Source: Myxococcota bacterium
GTDB taxonomy: Bacteria; Myxococcota_A; SURF-8
NCBI GenBank assembly: GCA_963674735.2
Contig: CAXXQS010000002.1
Span: forward strand, 1,024,001-1,088,000
Length of the DNA stretch: 64,000 nucleotides
Direction of reading: 5' to 3'
Part shown: positions 50,201 through 58,987 of the stretch, in pieces
Layout of the letters: each line of letters begins with the position of its first letter
Numbering within the stretch: the first letter of the stretch is position 1
The notes under the pieces: model-generated
The model's database searches: none
What the model was told of the DNA's origin: nothing
What the model saw: only the letters and a program-made list of their open reading frames with translations
Program-made: the position numbers and the translations under genes

Positions 50201-50219
50201 TTGAAAGGGATAATACAAG

Positions 50220-50284
50220 GATGGGCAACTTGTTGCCCATCTTCTACACTTGAATCGCGATGGGCAACAAGTTGCCCATCCTAC
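50220..50284. repeat. Pair of inverted GTAG-type REP palindromes (left copy interrupted by the IS110)
   Basis: GATGGGCAACTTGTTGCCCATC ... GATGGGCAACAAGTTGCCCATCCTAC. Confidence 0.85.
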
Positions 50285-50300
50285 TCCAGCTACTCCAGTT

Positions 50301-50981
50301 TTATTCCTGCAATGAATTGCTAAACGTATTGTAAGGCTCGTAAACGGTCCGGCAACCGGTGAAGACGGCCTCCATGGCGTCGTCGTCTTCGGGAAAGGCG
50401 AATTCGGGGAGGCAGTGCGTGATCGGCGGGATGAAGGCGCGGATACACGCGCGCAGATCGGTATGGGTGTCGCATGCTTGGTCCGTTACCTCGTGCGCCA
50501 GGGCATCGTCGATCGTCGCGGCGGTCCAGGTCGGGAAGGCGCTGGGTGGGTTGATCATATAACCGTAAGGCAACTCGGCCCATCCGGTAACGCGGGTGTA
50601 TTCGGAGTTCGCGTTGCCGTCGAACAGACCGTATTCGGGACCCAACCACGCATACTTGAAGGCGGCGGTAGGCTGAGAAGTCGATACATCAGCGCGGTGG
50701 CTTTCGCACTGCACGGCTTTTCCACCCGCTTCGCTGGGGGCGAATCGCACCCAGGCCGCCTGACAAAAAACGCCTTCGCAACCCGAGTCGGCGCTTTCAC
50801 AGGCTGCGATCCATCCGTCAAACTCGCTTTCCGAATCCGTCGCGACACCCGAACTCGCCTGCCAACAGCGCGGCTCGCAAGCGGCATCCCACCCCGAATC
50901 GTCGCGGCTCGATCCGCAAGCGCTGATCAAGGCGATCCAAAGGCCGATGACGACCGACAACCACAGCTGTTTGATGAACAT
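50301..50981 (-). CDS. Cys-rich hypothetical lipoprotein
   Basis: Lipobox ISAC; about ten further Cys; AAGGAG RBS. Confidence 0.75.
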   Translation of the reverse strand: MFIKQLWLSVVIGLWIALISACGSSRDDSGWDAACEPRCWQASSGVATDSESEFDGWIAACESADSGCEGVFCQAAWVRFAPSEAGGKAVQCESHRADVSTSQPTAAFKYAWLGPEYGLFDGNANSEYTRVTGWAELPYGYMINPPSAFPTWTAATIDDALAHEVTDQACDTHTDLRACIRAFIPPITHCLPEFAFPEDDDAMEAVFTGCRTVYEPYNTFSNSLQE

Positions 50982-51839
50982 CAGCAGGCTCCTTTAATAT
51001 TCATCTCACTTTTTCCCAAAACAGGTCGGGTGGTTTTTTACCTGACCATGCACAATGAATTATTATCATACCATGTAACCTCAATTTATAAAACGATTGT
51101 ATACCGGTCTGGCGATTCCCGCCTGAAAACACTGCCCCTCACCTGCGCAACCTGCCGAGATTCCACACGATATTCCTGATTTTACCCTCCCTTTTCGGGC
51201 GCAGGTCGGCGTCATTCGGCCGGAATGGGAAAAGACGCCTGATATCATGAAGATAAGAGGGCATCCCTTGAATCGCATTAGTGTACTATATTCACAGTAT
51301 GACATCGGGCCTCTTTTTTCGCCGCCTCCGTCTTGCCGAAACGCCTGACTGCGGCTCTTTTCAATTCGACTCAAAACGCGCCAAGCCCCCTGTTGACGGG
51401 GTGAAATCGATTTGCGCATGCCCGACGACGCGGCAGGGAAACGCGCGCAGCGACTCTGCAAGCCGCCGTCTTCCGGCTCCACGTGTGACGTATTACGGCA
51501 ATCCCGGTTTTCCCATATGATTCGCTGCAGGACCCCCGATACGACGGCGAAAAACCCAATGATTTCGCGAAAGGCCTAAATATGGCGGCGCAAAACCGCG
51601 CAAGCGGCGCATCGGACGCATTCAACGCATCGAGCCGGATAGGCCCAGCCGAGAGGCGTTTCGGCTCTGCCGGGCGATTTGGGTCGTTTCGGCAGGTTTC
51701 GCTTGTCGCGGCAAGACGACCCATCGACGCATTCAGCGCAGGGGTGGCCTTGGCTCCCGCGAGTCGCTATTTGAGGGTTGATCGGTTTAAGCCGGTCGCG
51801 CGGACGGTCGCGCGCGGGAGTCTCGGCGAGTCGAGACGT

Positions 51840-54710
51840 TTATGCCCGCGCCTTTTTGCGCGGTTTGCGCGGTTTGCGCGGTTTCGATGTGCGATCTTTG
51901 AGCTTGGACTTCAGGAAGCTACCGGTGTAGCTGCGTTTGCAGGCCGCCACCTCTTCGGGCGTTCCGGCCGCCAGCACCGTCCCGCCGCCGTCGCCGCCCT
52001 CCGGTCCCAGGTCGATCAGGTAGTCCGCCGTTTTGATCACATCCAGGTTGTGCTCGATCACGATGACCGTATTGCCCGTTTCCACGAGTCGGTTCAACAC
52101 GTCGAGCAGCTTGTTGATGTCGTCGAAATGCAGGCCGGTGGTGGGTTCGTCCAGAATGTACACCGTGCGGCCGGTGCTGCGCTTGGACAACTCGCGCGCC
52201 AGCTTGATGCGCTGCGCCTCGCCGCCCGAAAGCGTCGTGGCCGCCTGCCCGACCGCGATGTAACCGAGCCCCACATCGCGCAGCAGCTTCAGCTTGTTGC
52301 GGATAATGGGCACGTTTTCGAAAAACTCGAAGGCCTGGTTGACCGTCATGCTCAAGACATCGCTGATGGTTTTGTTTTTGTAGCGCACTTCCAGAGTTTC
52401 GCGACTGTAGCGCTTGCCGCCGCACTGCTCGCAGGTGACGAACACATCCGGCAGAAAATGCATCTCGATGCGATTGACGCCCGCGCCTTCGCAAGCTTCG
52501 CAGCGCCCGCCCTTAACGTTGAAGGAAAAGCGTCCCGGCTTGTAACCGCGCGCCCGCGACTCGGGCAGTTGGGCGAACATTTCCCGGATGGGCGTAAACA
52601 CGTTGGTATAGGTGGCCGGATTGCTGCGCGGCGTGCGTCCGATGGGCGACTGATCGATGGCGATGACTTTATCCACATGCTCCACACCCACAAGCGAGGT
52701 GCAGTGGACCGTCCGTTTGCGGCGGCGCAGTTTTTGTTCCAGCGTCGGCTGCAGGGTATCCACCACCAGCGAACTTTTTCCCGATCCCGAAACCCCCGTG
52801 ACGCACACCAGCATGCCGAGCGGAAACTCGACCGCGATCTCCTTGAGGTTGTTGGCGTTGCAGCCTTTGAGCGCCAAGCGCCGGTTGTCGGGCTTGCGCC
52901 GCTTGGCGGGAAGAGGGATTTCCAGGTCGCCCGTCATGTAACGACCGGTCAGCGATTTTTTGCAGGCCTTGATTTCCTTGGGCGTTCCCTGCACCACCAC
53001 TTCGCCGCCCCGCACACCGGCCCCCGGACCCATGTCCACCACATGATCGGCGGCCAGAATCGTGTCTTCGTCGTGCTCCACCACGATGACCGTGTTTCCC
53101 AGATCACGCAGATTCAACAGGGTTTTCAGCAAACGATCGTTGTCGCGCTGATGCAGCCCGATGGAAGGTTCGTCCAGAATGTACAGCACCCCCACCAGCG
53201 AGGAGCCGATCTGGGTGGCCAGACGAATGCGCTGGCTTTCGCCGCCGGAGAGCGTGGCCGAGGCGCGGTCGAGGCTCAGGTAGTCGAGACCGACGTCGTT
53301 TAGAAAGCCCAGCCGCTCGCGAATTTCCTTCAAGAGCCGCTCGGCGATCACCAACTCGCGCGGGGTCAATTCAAGGCTACTGAAAAACGCCAGGCTGTCA
53401 CGCAGGGTATGGCGGGTCAACTCGATGATGTTTTTGCCCGCCATTTTCACGCTCAAGGCCTCGGGGCGCAGGCGATTGCCGTGGCAGGTCGGGCAGAGCT
53501 GGTAATTCATGTAGCGTTGCAGCTCTTCGCGCACGCCTTCCGACTGCGTTTCACGGTAGCGCCGCTCCAGGTTGGGAATCACTCCCTCGAAGGGACGCAT
53601 GTAGCTGTAGTGGGAATCCTCGCCCTCGTGGTCGAACAGAATTTCGCGGTCCTGGGTGCCGGTGAAAATCGCCGTCTGGACTTTCTTGGGCAGCTTTTTA
53701 AACGGCGTGTTCATCGACACCCCGAAATCGCGCGCCACCGATTCCAGCATGAACGCGTAGTAGTAACCGGTCCGTGAACTCCACGGAGACACCGCCCCCT
53801 GGTTCATGCTCAATTCGTCGTTGGGCACCACCAACTCGGGATCGAAGTACATCTTCATGCCCAAGCCGTGGCAGTCGGGACACGCGCCGGTGGGATTGTT
53901 GAAGGAAAACAGGCGCGGCGAGATTTCGGGATAGCTGATGCCGCAATCGGCGCAGCCGAAGCGTTCGGAAAAGGTGATCGATTCGCCCTCGGGCGTCTCC
54001 ACCGTCGCCACGCCGTCCGCCAGCGACAAAGCCAGCTCGAAGCTTTCGGCCATGCGCCCGGCGATGCCGTCGCGCACCACCAGACGATCCACCAGAATTT
54101 CGATCGTGTGCTTCTTTTTACGGTCGAGCTGGGGAATCTCCTCCGAGAGATCGTGGGCGACGCCATCCACCCGCGCGCGGATATAACCTTCGCGCAAAAA
54201 GCGCTCGAAATCCTTGCGGTATTCGCCCTTGCGCTCGCGCACCACCGGGGCGTAAAGCAGGATCTTGGAGCCTTCGGTCATGCGCAGCACCTGGTCGGCC
54301 ATCTGCTGCACCGTCATGCGTTCGATCGGCTTTCCGCAGTTATAGCAGAACGGTTGCCCCACACGGGCGAACAACAGGCGGAAGTGATCGTAAATCTCGG
54401 TCACGGTGGCCACCGTCGAACGCGGATTTTTGCTGGCGGTTTTCTGCTCGATGGAAATGGCCGGGCTCAAGCCCTCGATGCTGTCCACATCGGGTTTGTT
54501 CATCTGTTCGAGGAACTGCCGCGCATAGGCCGACAGGGATTCGACGTACCGCCGTTGCCCCTCGGCGTAAAGCGTATCGAAAGCCAGCGAACTTTTGCCC
54601 GACCCCGACAAGCCGGTGATGACGATGAAACGGTTGCGTGGCAAGGCCAGAGAAATATTCTTCAGGTTGTGCTCGCGCGCACCCTGTATGACGATCTGTT
54701 TATCCGACAT
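51840..54710 (-). CDS. uvrA: Excinuclease ABC subunit A
   Basis: GAREHNLK, two GxSGSGKS Walker A motifs, LSGGE, DEP, zinc fingers; basic [11 protein letters not shown] tail. Confidence 0.97.
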   Translation of the reverse strand: MSDKQIVIQGAREHNLKNISLALPRNRFIVITGLSGSGKSSLAFDTLYAEGQRRYVESLSAYARQFLEQMNKPDVDSIEGLSPAISIEQKTASKNPRSTVATVTEIYDHFRLLFARVGQPFCYNCGKPIERMTVQQMADQVLRMTEGSKILLYAPVVRERKGEYRKDFERFLREGYIRARVDGVAHDLSEEIPQLDRKKKHTIEILVDRLVVRDGIAGRMAESFELALSLADGVATVETPEGESITFSERFGCADCGISYPEISPRLFSFNNPTGACPDCHGLGMKMYFDPELVVPNDELSMNQGAVSPWSSRTGYYYAFMLESVARDFGVSMNTPFKKLPKKVQTAIFTGTQDREILFDHEGEDSHYSYMRPFEGVIPNLERRYRETQSEGVREELQRYMNYQLCPTCHGNRLRPEALSVKMAGKNIIELTRHTLRDSLAFFSSLELTPRELVIAERLLKEIRERLGFLNDVGLDYLSLDRASATLSGGESQRIRLATQIGSSLVGVLYILDEPSIGLHQRDNDRLLKTLLNLRDLGNTVIVVEHDEDTILAADHVVDMGPGAGVRGGEVVVQGTPKEIKACKKSLTGRYMTGDLEIPLPAKRRKPDNRRLALKGCNANNLKEIAVEFPLGMLVCVTGVSGSGKSSLVVDTLQPTLEQKLRRRKRTVHCTSLVGVEHVDKVIAIDQSPIGRTPRSNPATYTNVFTPIREMFAQLPESRARGYKPGRFSFNVKGGRCEACEGAGVNRIEMHFLPDVFVTCEQCGGKRYSRETLEVRYKNKTISDVLSMTVNQAFEFFENVPIIRNKLKLLRDVGLGYIAVGQAATTLSGGEAQRIKLARELSKRSTGRTVYILDEPTTGLHFDDINKLLDVLNRLVETGNTVIVIEHNLDVIKTADYLIDLGPEGGDGGGTVLAAGTPEEVAACKRSYTGSFLKSKLKDRTSKPRKPRKPRKKARA

Positions 54711-54746
54711 CCTGTCTGTACTCCGATTCGCGGGGATGGCTCAGCC

Positions 54747-55802
54747 TCAGGGGGTTTCGATAGCCGCGCGGCGCTGTTCGGCGGATTTGGCCAGGCGGTG
54801 CCTCCGTTTTACGGCCAAAGACGCGGCCAAGTCGATGGCTTTTATCATACTCTTTTCCGAGGCGCGGCCTCGCCCGGCGATATCGTAGGCGGTGCCGTGC
54901 TCGGGGGCGGTGCGGATGATGGGGAGACCCAGCGTGACGTTGACGCCGTAGCCGAAATCGATCAGGCGAAACGCGATCTGTCCCTGATCGTGGTACATGC
55001 ACACAACGGCGTCGAATTGGCCGTCGCGCGCGCGCGGGAAAACCGTGTCGGCGGGGTGCGGACCGGTGACGTGGATGCCTTCTTCCAGCGCGGCTTGTAT
55101 GGCCGGCGCGATGATGGCGCTTTCCTCTTCGCCGAACAGACCGCTTTCTCCGGCATGCGGATTCAACGCACAAACCGCCAAGTGGGGGGCGGAGATCTCG
55201 AAATCGCGACGCAAAGCCTGGTGGGTGATGCGAATGGCGTTGAGCACCCGTTCGACCGTCAACGTGGCCGCCACCTCGCGTAGCGGGATATGGCTGGTGA
55301 CGCGCACCAGGCGCAGGTGGTCACCCAGCATCATGGCGACGCTGTGATCGGCCAGCGTGTAGGCCTTGAGCATTTCGGTGTGGCTGGAATAATTGTAACC
55401 GGCCTGATTGAGCATGGCTTTGTTGATGGGACCGGTTACCAGCGCTTCCACGTGTCCGCCCACGGCATACTCGGCCGCCTTGACGATATAAAAGGTGCTG
55501 ATCAATCCCAGGTCGGTGCGGGAAACACCGAAATGGAAGGTATCGAGCTTGATGTTGGACAGCCCGATCAGGTTGGGGCGTCCGGCCTCGGCCTCGTGCG
55601 GCTCGTGAATCTGCTGGCAATGGCACGATAAGCCCAACTCCCGCCGCAACTTCTGCATCACGCCCGGATCGCCCAGCACGATGGGGATGCAACGTTCGTA
55701 TAAATCGGAATGCGAGAGGGCACGCAACACGATCTCCGGACCGATCCCGGCCGGATCTCCCATGGTAATCGCCAGTTTGGGAAGGGTGTCGGTCTCGCTC
55801 AT
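54747..55802 (-). CDS. pdxA: 4-hydroxythreonine-4-phosphate dehydrogenase
   Basis: ITMGDPAGIGPE, LNPHAGE, MYHDQG, HGTAYDIAG. Confidence 0.93.
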   Translation of the reverse strand: MSETDTLPKLAITMGDPAGIGPEIVLRALSHSDLYERCIPIVLGDPGVMQKLRRELGLSCHCQQIHEPHEAEAGRPNLIGLSNIKLDTFHFGVSRTDLGLISTFYIVKAAEYAVGGHVEALVTGPINKAMLNQAGYNYSSHTEMLKAYTLADHSVAMMLGDHLRLVRVTSHIPLREVAATLTVERVLNAIRITHQALRRDFEISAPHLAVCALNPHAGESGLFGEEESAIIAPAIQAALEEGIHVTGPHPADTVFPRARDGQFDAVVCMYHDQGQIAFRLIDFGYGVNVTLGLPIIRTAPEHGTAYDIAGRGRASEKSMIKAIDLAASLAVKRRHRLAKSAEQRRAAIETP

Positions 55803-55811
55803 GGCTACTCC

Positions 55812-56840
55812 TTATTCAGGGGTGTCGGCTTCGACGGCAACCGGTTCCACTTCCTGCGGAGGCCGGTCGAACTTGATATCCACGTAAGCCTTGCCGCGCA
55901 GTTGCTTGAGCCAGACGGCCATCTCCCGTTGCATGGCTTCTTCGCGCAGCCGTTGGCGAATGTCGCTTTTCGCTTCGTCGACACCACCGCTGACCACTTC
56001 GCGCTTTTCGGTAAGGCGGATAATGTGATAGCCGAAAGGACTGCGCACCACACCGCTGGTTTCACCCTCCGAGAGAGCGAGCACGGTGTCTTCAAACGCT
56101 TTGACCATCACGCCTTCTCTGAAGAAACCCAGATCGCCGCCGAAACGCGCGGTCGGGCCTTCCGACAGTTCCTTTGCCAGTTGGGAAAACGCTTCTCCCG
56201 CCTTCAAACGCTCGAGGGTTTCCTCGGCGCGCGTCCGCTGGGCCGCGTCGCGCGCGGGGGAATCGTCGGCGGCCACACGAAACAGAATGTGGCTGGCGCG
56301 GTATTCGTACTCGCTTTCCTGGCTGTCCTTTTCCTTTTCGTAGGTCAGTTCCACTTCGGCATCGGAAATCTTGATGCGGTTGCCCACTTTCGCATTGATG
56401 AACTGCCATTTCTCCAGTTGCTTGCGGACTTCGCCCCGATACTTGGTCCACTCGATACCCTGCTGTTTAAGCGCCTCTTTGAGCGTGTCCTGGTCGGGGA
56501 TGTTGTTCTGTTTCATCACCCGCTCGATGGCGCCGTCCACCTCGCGCTCGGAAACGCTGAAGTTCAGCTCCTTCATCTGCTGCTGCAAAAGCTTGTCTTC
56601 GATGAGCGAATCCACCACTTTCGTGTGGATTTCCTTTTCCTTGGCGGTGCGCCGGTCGGGATCCCGGATCCCCACCAGCATGCTGCGGTAGCTGCGCGCC
56701 ACCTCCTCCACCTCGGAGAGCAGAATGATGTCGTCGTTGACGATCGCCGCAATACGCTCCACCACCTCGGCAGAGGCGGGAGCGGATAAAAAGCCCAGCC
56801 CGATAATCAGGCAGGCAATCAGACAAAAGATACGTGTCAT
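55812..56840 (-). CDS. surA: SurA-like chaperone / parvulin PPIase
   Basis: Signal peptide, ERIAAIVNDDII, SHIL, GGDLG, FGYHII; upstream of pdxA. Confidence 0.8.
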   Translation of the reverse strand: MTRIFCLIACLIIGLGFLSAPASAEVVERIAAIVNDDIILLSEVEEVARSYRSMLVGIRDPDRRTAKEKEIHTKVVDSLIEDKLLQQQMKELNFSVSEREVDGAIERVMKQNNIPDQDTLKEALKQQGIEWTKYRGEVRKQLEKWQFINAKVGNRIKISDAEVELTYEKEKDSQESEYEYRASHILFRVAADDSPARDAAQRTRAEETLERLKAGEAFSQLAKELSEGPTARFGGDLGFFREGVMVKAFEDTVLALSEGETSGVVRSPFGYHIIRLTEKREVVSGGVDEAKSDIRQRLREEAMQREMAVWLKQLRGKAYVDIKFDRPPQEVEPVAVEADTPE

Positions 56841-57808
56841 GGGGCGAAAGTCTCCTTGCTTTGGAAAGCCGGATTGAGTTTGATGGTCGTTCGACGGCGC
56901 AGGCTCTCGATCAGGTTCCGCTCGGCCTCTTGCTTCTTGAGAGCGAAAAGATCGCGTCTGGCCAGCCGCCGCATGCTATCCGCATCGGGCAAGCGGGCGG
57001 GCCGATGGTCGGTAATGAGAAAGACATGATACCCATAGCTGCTCTTGATCGGTTTGGAAATCACGCCGCGCGGCAGTTCGAACACAAGCTCACCGAACGG
57101 ATCGGGCAGGCTGCCGCGATGGACATGCCCCAGATCACCGCCGCGGTCCCGCTCGGGCATGATCGACAGCTCACTGGCCACTTTATGGAAGGGTTCGCCG
57201 CGATAGATGCGCCGCCGAGCCGCATCGGCTTCATCTTCGGTGGCAACCACGATCTGCCGCACCCAGACGGTCTCGGGCTGCTTATAGCGCTCGCCCTGCG
57301 TTTCCAGAAAGTTCGTAAGCTCATCATCCTTGATCAGGATACGCGGGTAAACGTCGTGGGAGAACAGGTTTTCCACGCGCAGCAGGTTTTCCATGCGCGG
57401 GGTCAGCACGGCCGGATCGACGATGGTTTCGGCAGCCGCCCCATCCGGCTCGTCGCGCTTCAAACCGCTCAGCAGGTCGGCCACTCGCTCTTGTACCTCT
57501 TCAGGCGCCACGACGATATGGCGGCGACGCGCTTCGGCGAGCAGGACGGCCCGGTCGACCAGATCGTCCAGCACCGATCGTTCCATACGCACGCGCTCGG
57601 GGGTTCCGGCTTCGGGTTGTAATGTGTCGCCGCTGAGCAGGCGTATTTCCAGATCGAGATCCTGCCGGGTGAGGGTCGTGTCGTCGACCCGCGCCAGCCA
57701 GTCCTCCGGAATATCCGCCGAACCCGTTTCGCAGGCAACCAGGCATAAAACCCAGCCACCCATCAGGCTCAGGCCGATCCCCCGCATCAAGCGGCGATAA
57801 ATAGTCAT
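56837..57808 (-). CDS. Parvulin-type peptidyl-prolyl isomerase lipoprotein
   Basis: Lipobox LVAC; VRQIVV, GGDLG, YGYHVF. Confidence 0.85.
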   Translation of the reverse strand: MTIYRRLMRGIGLSLMGGWVLCLVACETGSADIPEDWLARVDDTTLTRQDLDLEIRLLSGDTLQPEAGTPERVRMERSVLDDLVDRAVLLAEARRRHIVVAPEEVQERVADLLSGLKRDEPDGAAAETIVDPAVLTPRMENLLRVENLFSHDVYPRILIKDDELTNFLETQGERYKQPETVWVRQIVVATEDEADAARRRIYRGEPFHKVASELSIMPERDRGGDLGHVHRGSLPDPFGELVFELPRGVISKPIKSSYGYHVFLITDHRPARLPDADSMRRLARRDLFALKKQEAERNLIESLRRRTTIKLNPAFQSKETFAP

Positions 57809-57825
57809 CGTTCCCTAAATATCAA

Positions 57826-57849
57826 GGGCCCGTCGCAATCGACGGGCCC
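57826..57849 (-). terminator. Intergenic hairpin (terminator or mRNA stabiliser)
   Basis: GGGCCCGTCG-CAAT-CGACGGGCCC. Confidence 0.5.
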
Positions 57850-57881
57850 GAATGTGTGAAATCATCGGACCGCGTCAGCCA

Positions 57882-58937
57882 TCAGTTGCCTTTCGCGGGA
57901 ACTGCGTCGGCCTCTTCGGCTTCCTCTTCACCCGGTCGGGCGGGCTTGCTGCCGGGAACGACATACGCATCCAGAGTAGCTTCTTTGACATCGATCGCGG
58001 CTTTTTCCTTCAAGCCATCGATGAAATCGTCGAACATCTTCGTGCGTTTGTCCTTGAACAGACGGTGCTGAATTTGTCCCTTCACCTGCTCGAAGCTGCG
58101 CTCGATCTTATCGCGTTTGCCGGTAAGGCGAATGATGTGGAAACCGAACTTGGATCTTACCGGACCGGTCAGATCGTTGATTTTTCCCATTTTGAACACG
58201 GCCTCGGAAAATTCTTTGACCATGGGACCGCCATCTTCCGTAGACGCGAAATAGCCCAGGTCGCCGCCGCGATTTTTGTTGCTGTCGTCGTTGCTGTATT
58301 TGGCCGCCAGCTTACGGAAGGAGTTGGGCTCCTTTTCCTTGCCTTTGGCTTCCTTCAGGATTTTCAGCGCTTTTTGGCGGGCTTCTTTTTCCGCCTTGGG
58401 TCCGGCGGCCTCATCCACCTTCACCAGAATGTGACTCGCGCGCCGCATGGCCGGTTTGTTGTATTCCGATTGGTGTTCCTCGTAGTACTTGCGCATTTCG
58501 TCGTCGGTGATATCTTCCCGGCGCACCTTGTTCTCGAACTCTTCGCGCATCAGTTTTTGAGTCATCACCTGCTTGGCCGAGCGGATCACTTCCGGGTCGT
58601 TGGCATAGCCACGCGCGGCCGCGGCCTGGGCCAGCAGTTCGAAACGCACCATGTTATCGAGGAATTCTTTTTTCTTTTCCAGGTCGGCATAGCGGGCACG
58701 AATGTAGGGAGATTGCTTCTCCATACGGTCTTTGTAATCATCCAGGTAAATCGGCGAGCCGTTCACCGTGGCCAGCACCTCACCGCTGCCACCGGTCAAC
58801 ATCCAGTCGGGAAGCCCGGAGGCACCGGTTTGGGGCTTCGAGGGCGAATCACCGCTACCGGATTGCTGCGAGCAGGCCGCCGTCAGACCGACAATCAACA
58901 TCAGTCCCATTGCCACCAGAAGCGCCTTTTTCAACAT
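57882..58937 (-). CDS. PrsA/PpiC-type peptidyl-prolyl isomerase lipoprotein
   Basis: Lipobox TAAC; ASHILV, GGDLGYF, FGFHII; start could be 58943. Confidence 0.88.
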   Translation of the reverse strand: MLKKALLVAMGLMLIVGLTAACSQQSGSGDSPSKPQTGASGLPDWMLTGGSGEVLATVNGSPIYLDDYKDRMEKQSPYIRARYADLEKKKEFLDNMVRFELLAQAAAARGYANDPEVIRSAKQVMTQKLMREEFENKVRREDITDDEMRKYYEEHQSEYNKPAMRRASHILVKVDEAAGPKAEKEARQKALKILKEAKGKEKEPNSFRKLAAKYSNDDSNKNRGGDLGYFASTEDGGPMVKEFSEAVFKMGKINDLTGPVRSKFGFHIIRLTGKRDKIERSFEQVKGQIQHRLFKDKRTKMFDDFIDGLKEKAAIDVKEATLDAYVVPGSKPARPGEEEAEEADAVPAKGN

Positions 58938-58987
58938 CCTCATCTCCTTCCGATTGATCGTCATACGGGGGCTTGAGTTTTCCCCAA

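Larger units (their letters stand above)
49042..50219 (-). mobile_element. Complete IS110-family element (IS621-like layout) inserted into a REP at an AG/CT core
   Basis: AG at 49042-49043 and 50218-50219 bound the element; removing it with one core restores GTAGGATGGGCAACTTGTTGCCCATC, the exact reverse complement of the REP at 50259-50284. Confidence 0.9.

Noticed and set aside
51855-51884. 9-bp tandem repeat at the uvrA 3' end as a contingency locus
   Set aside because: In-frame, encodes a low-complexity KPR tail; length change would not shift the frame
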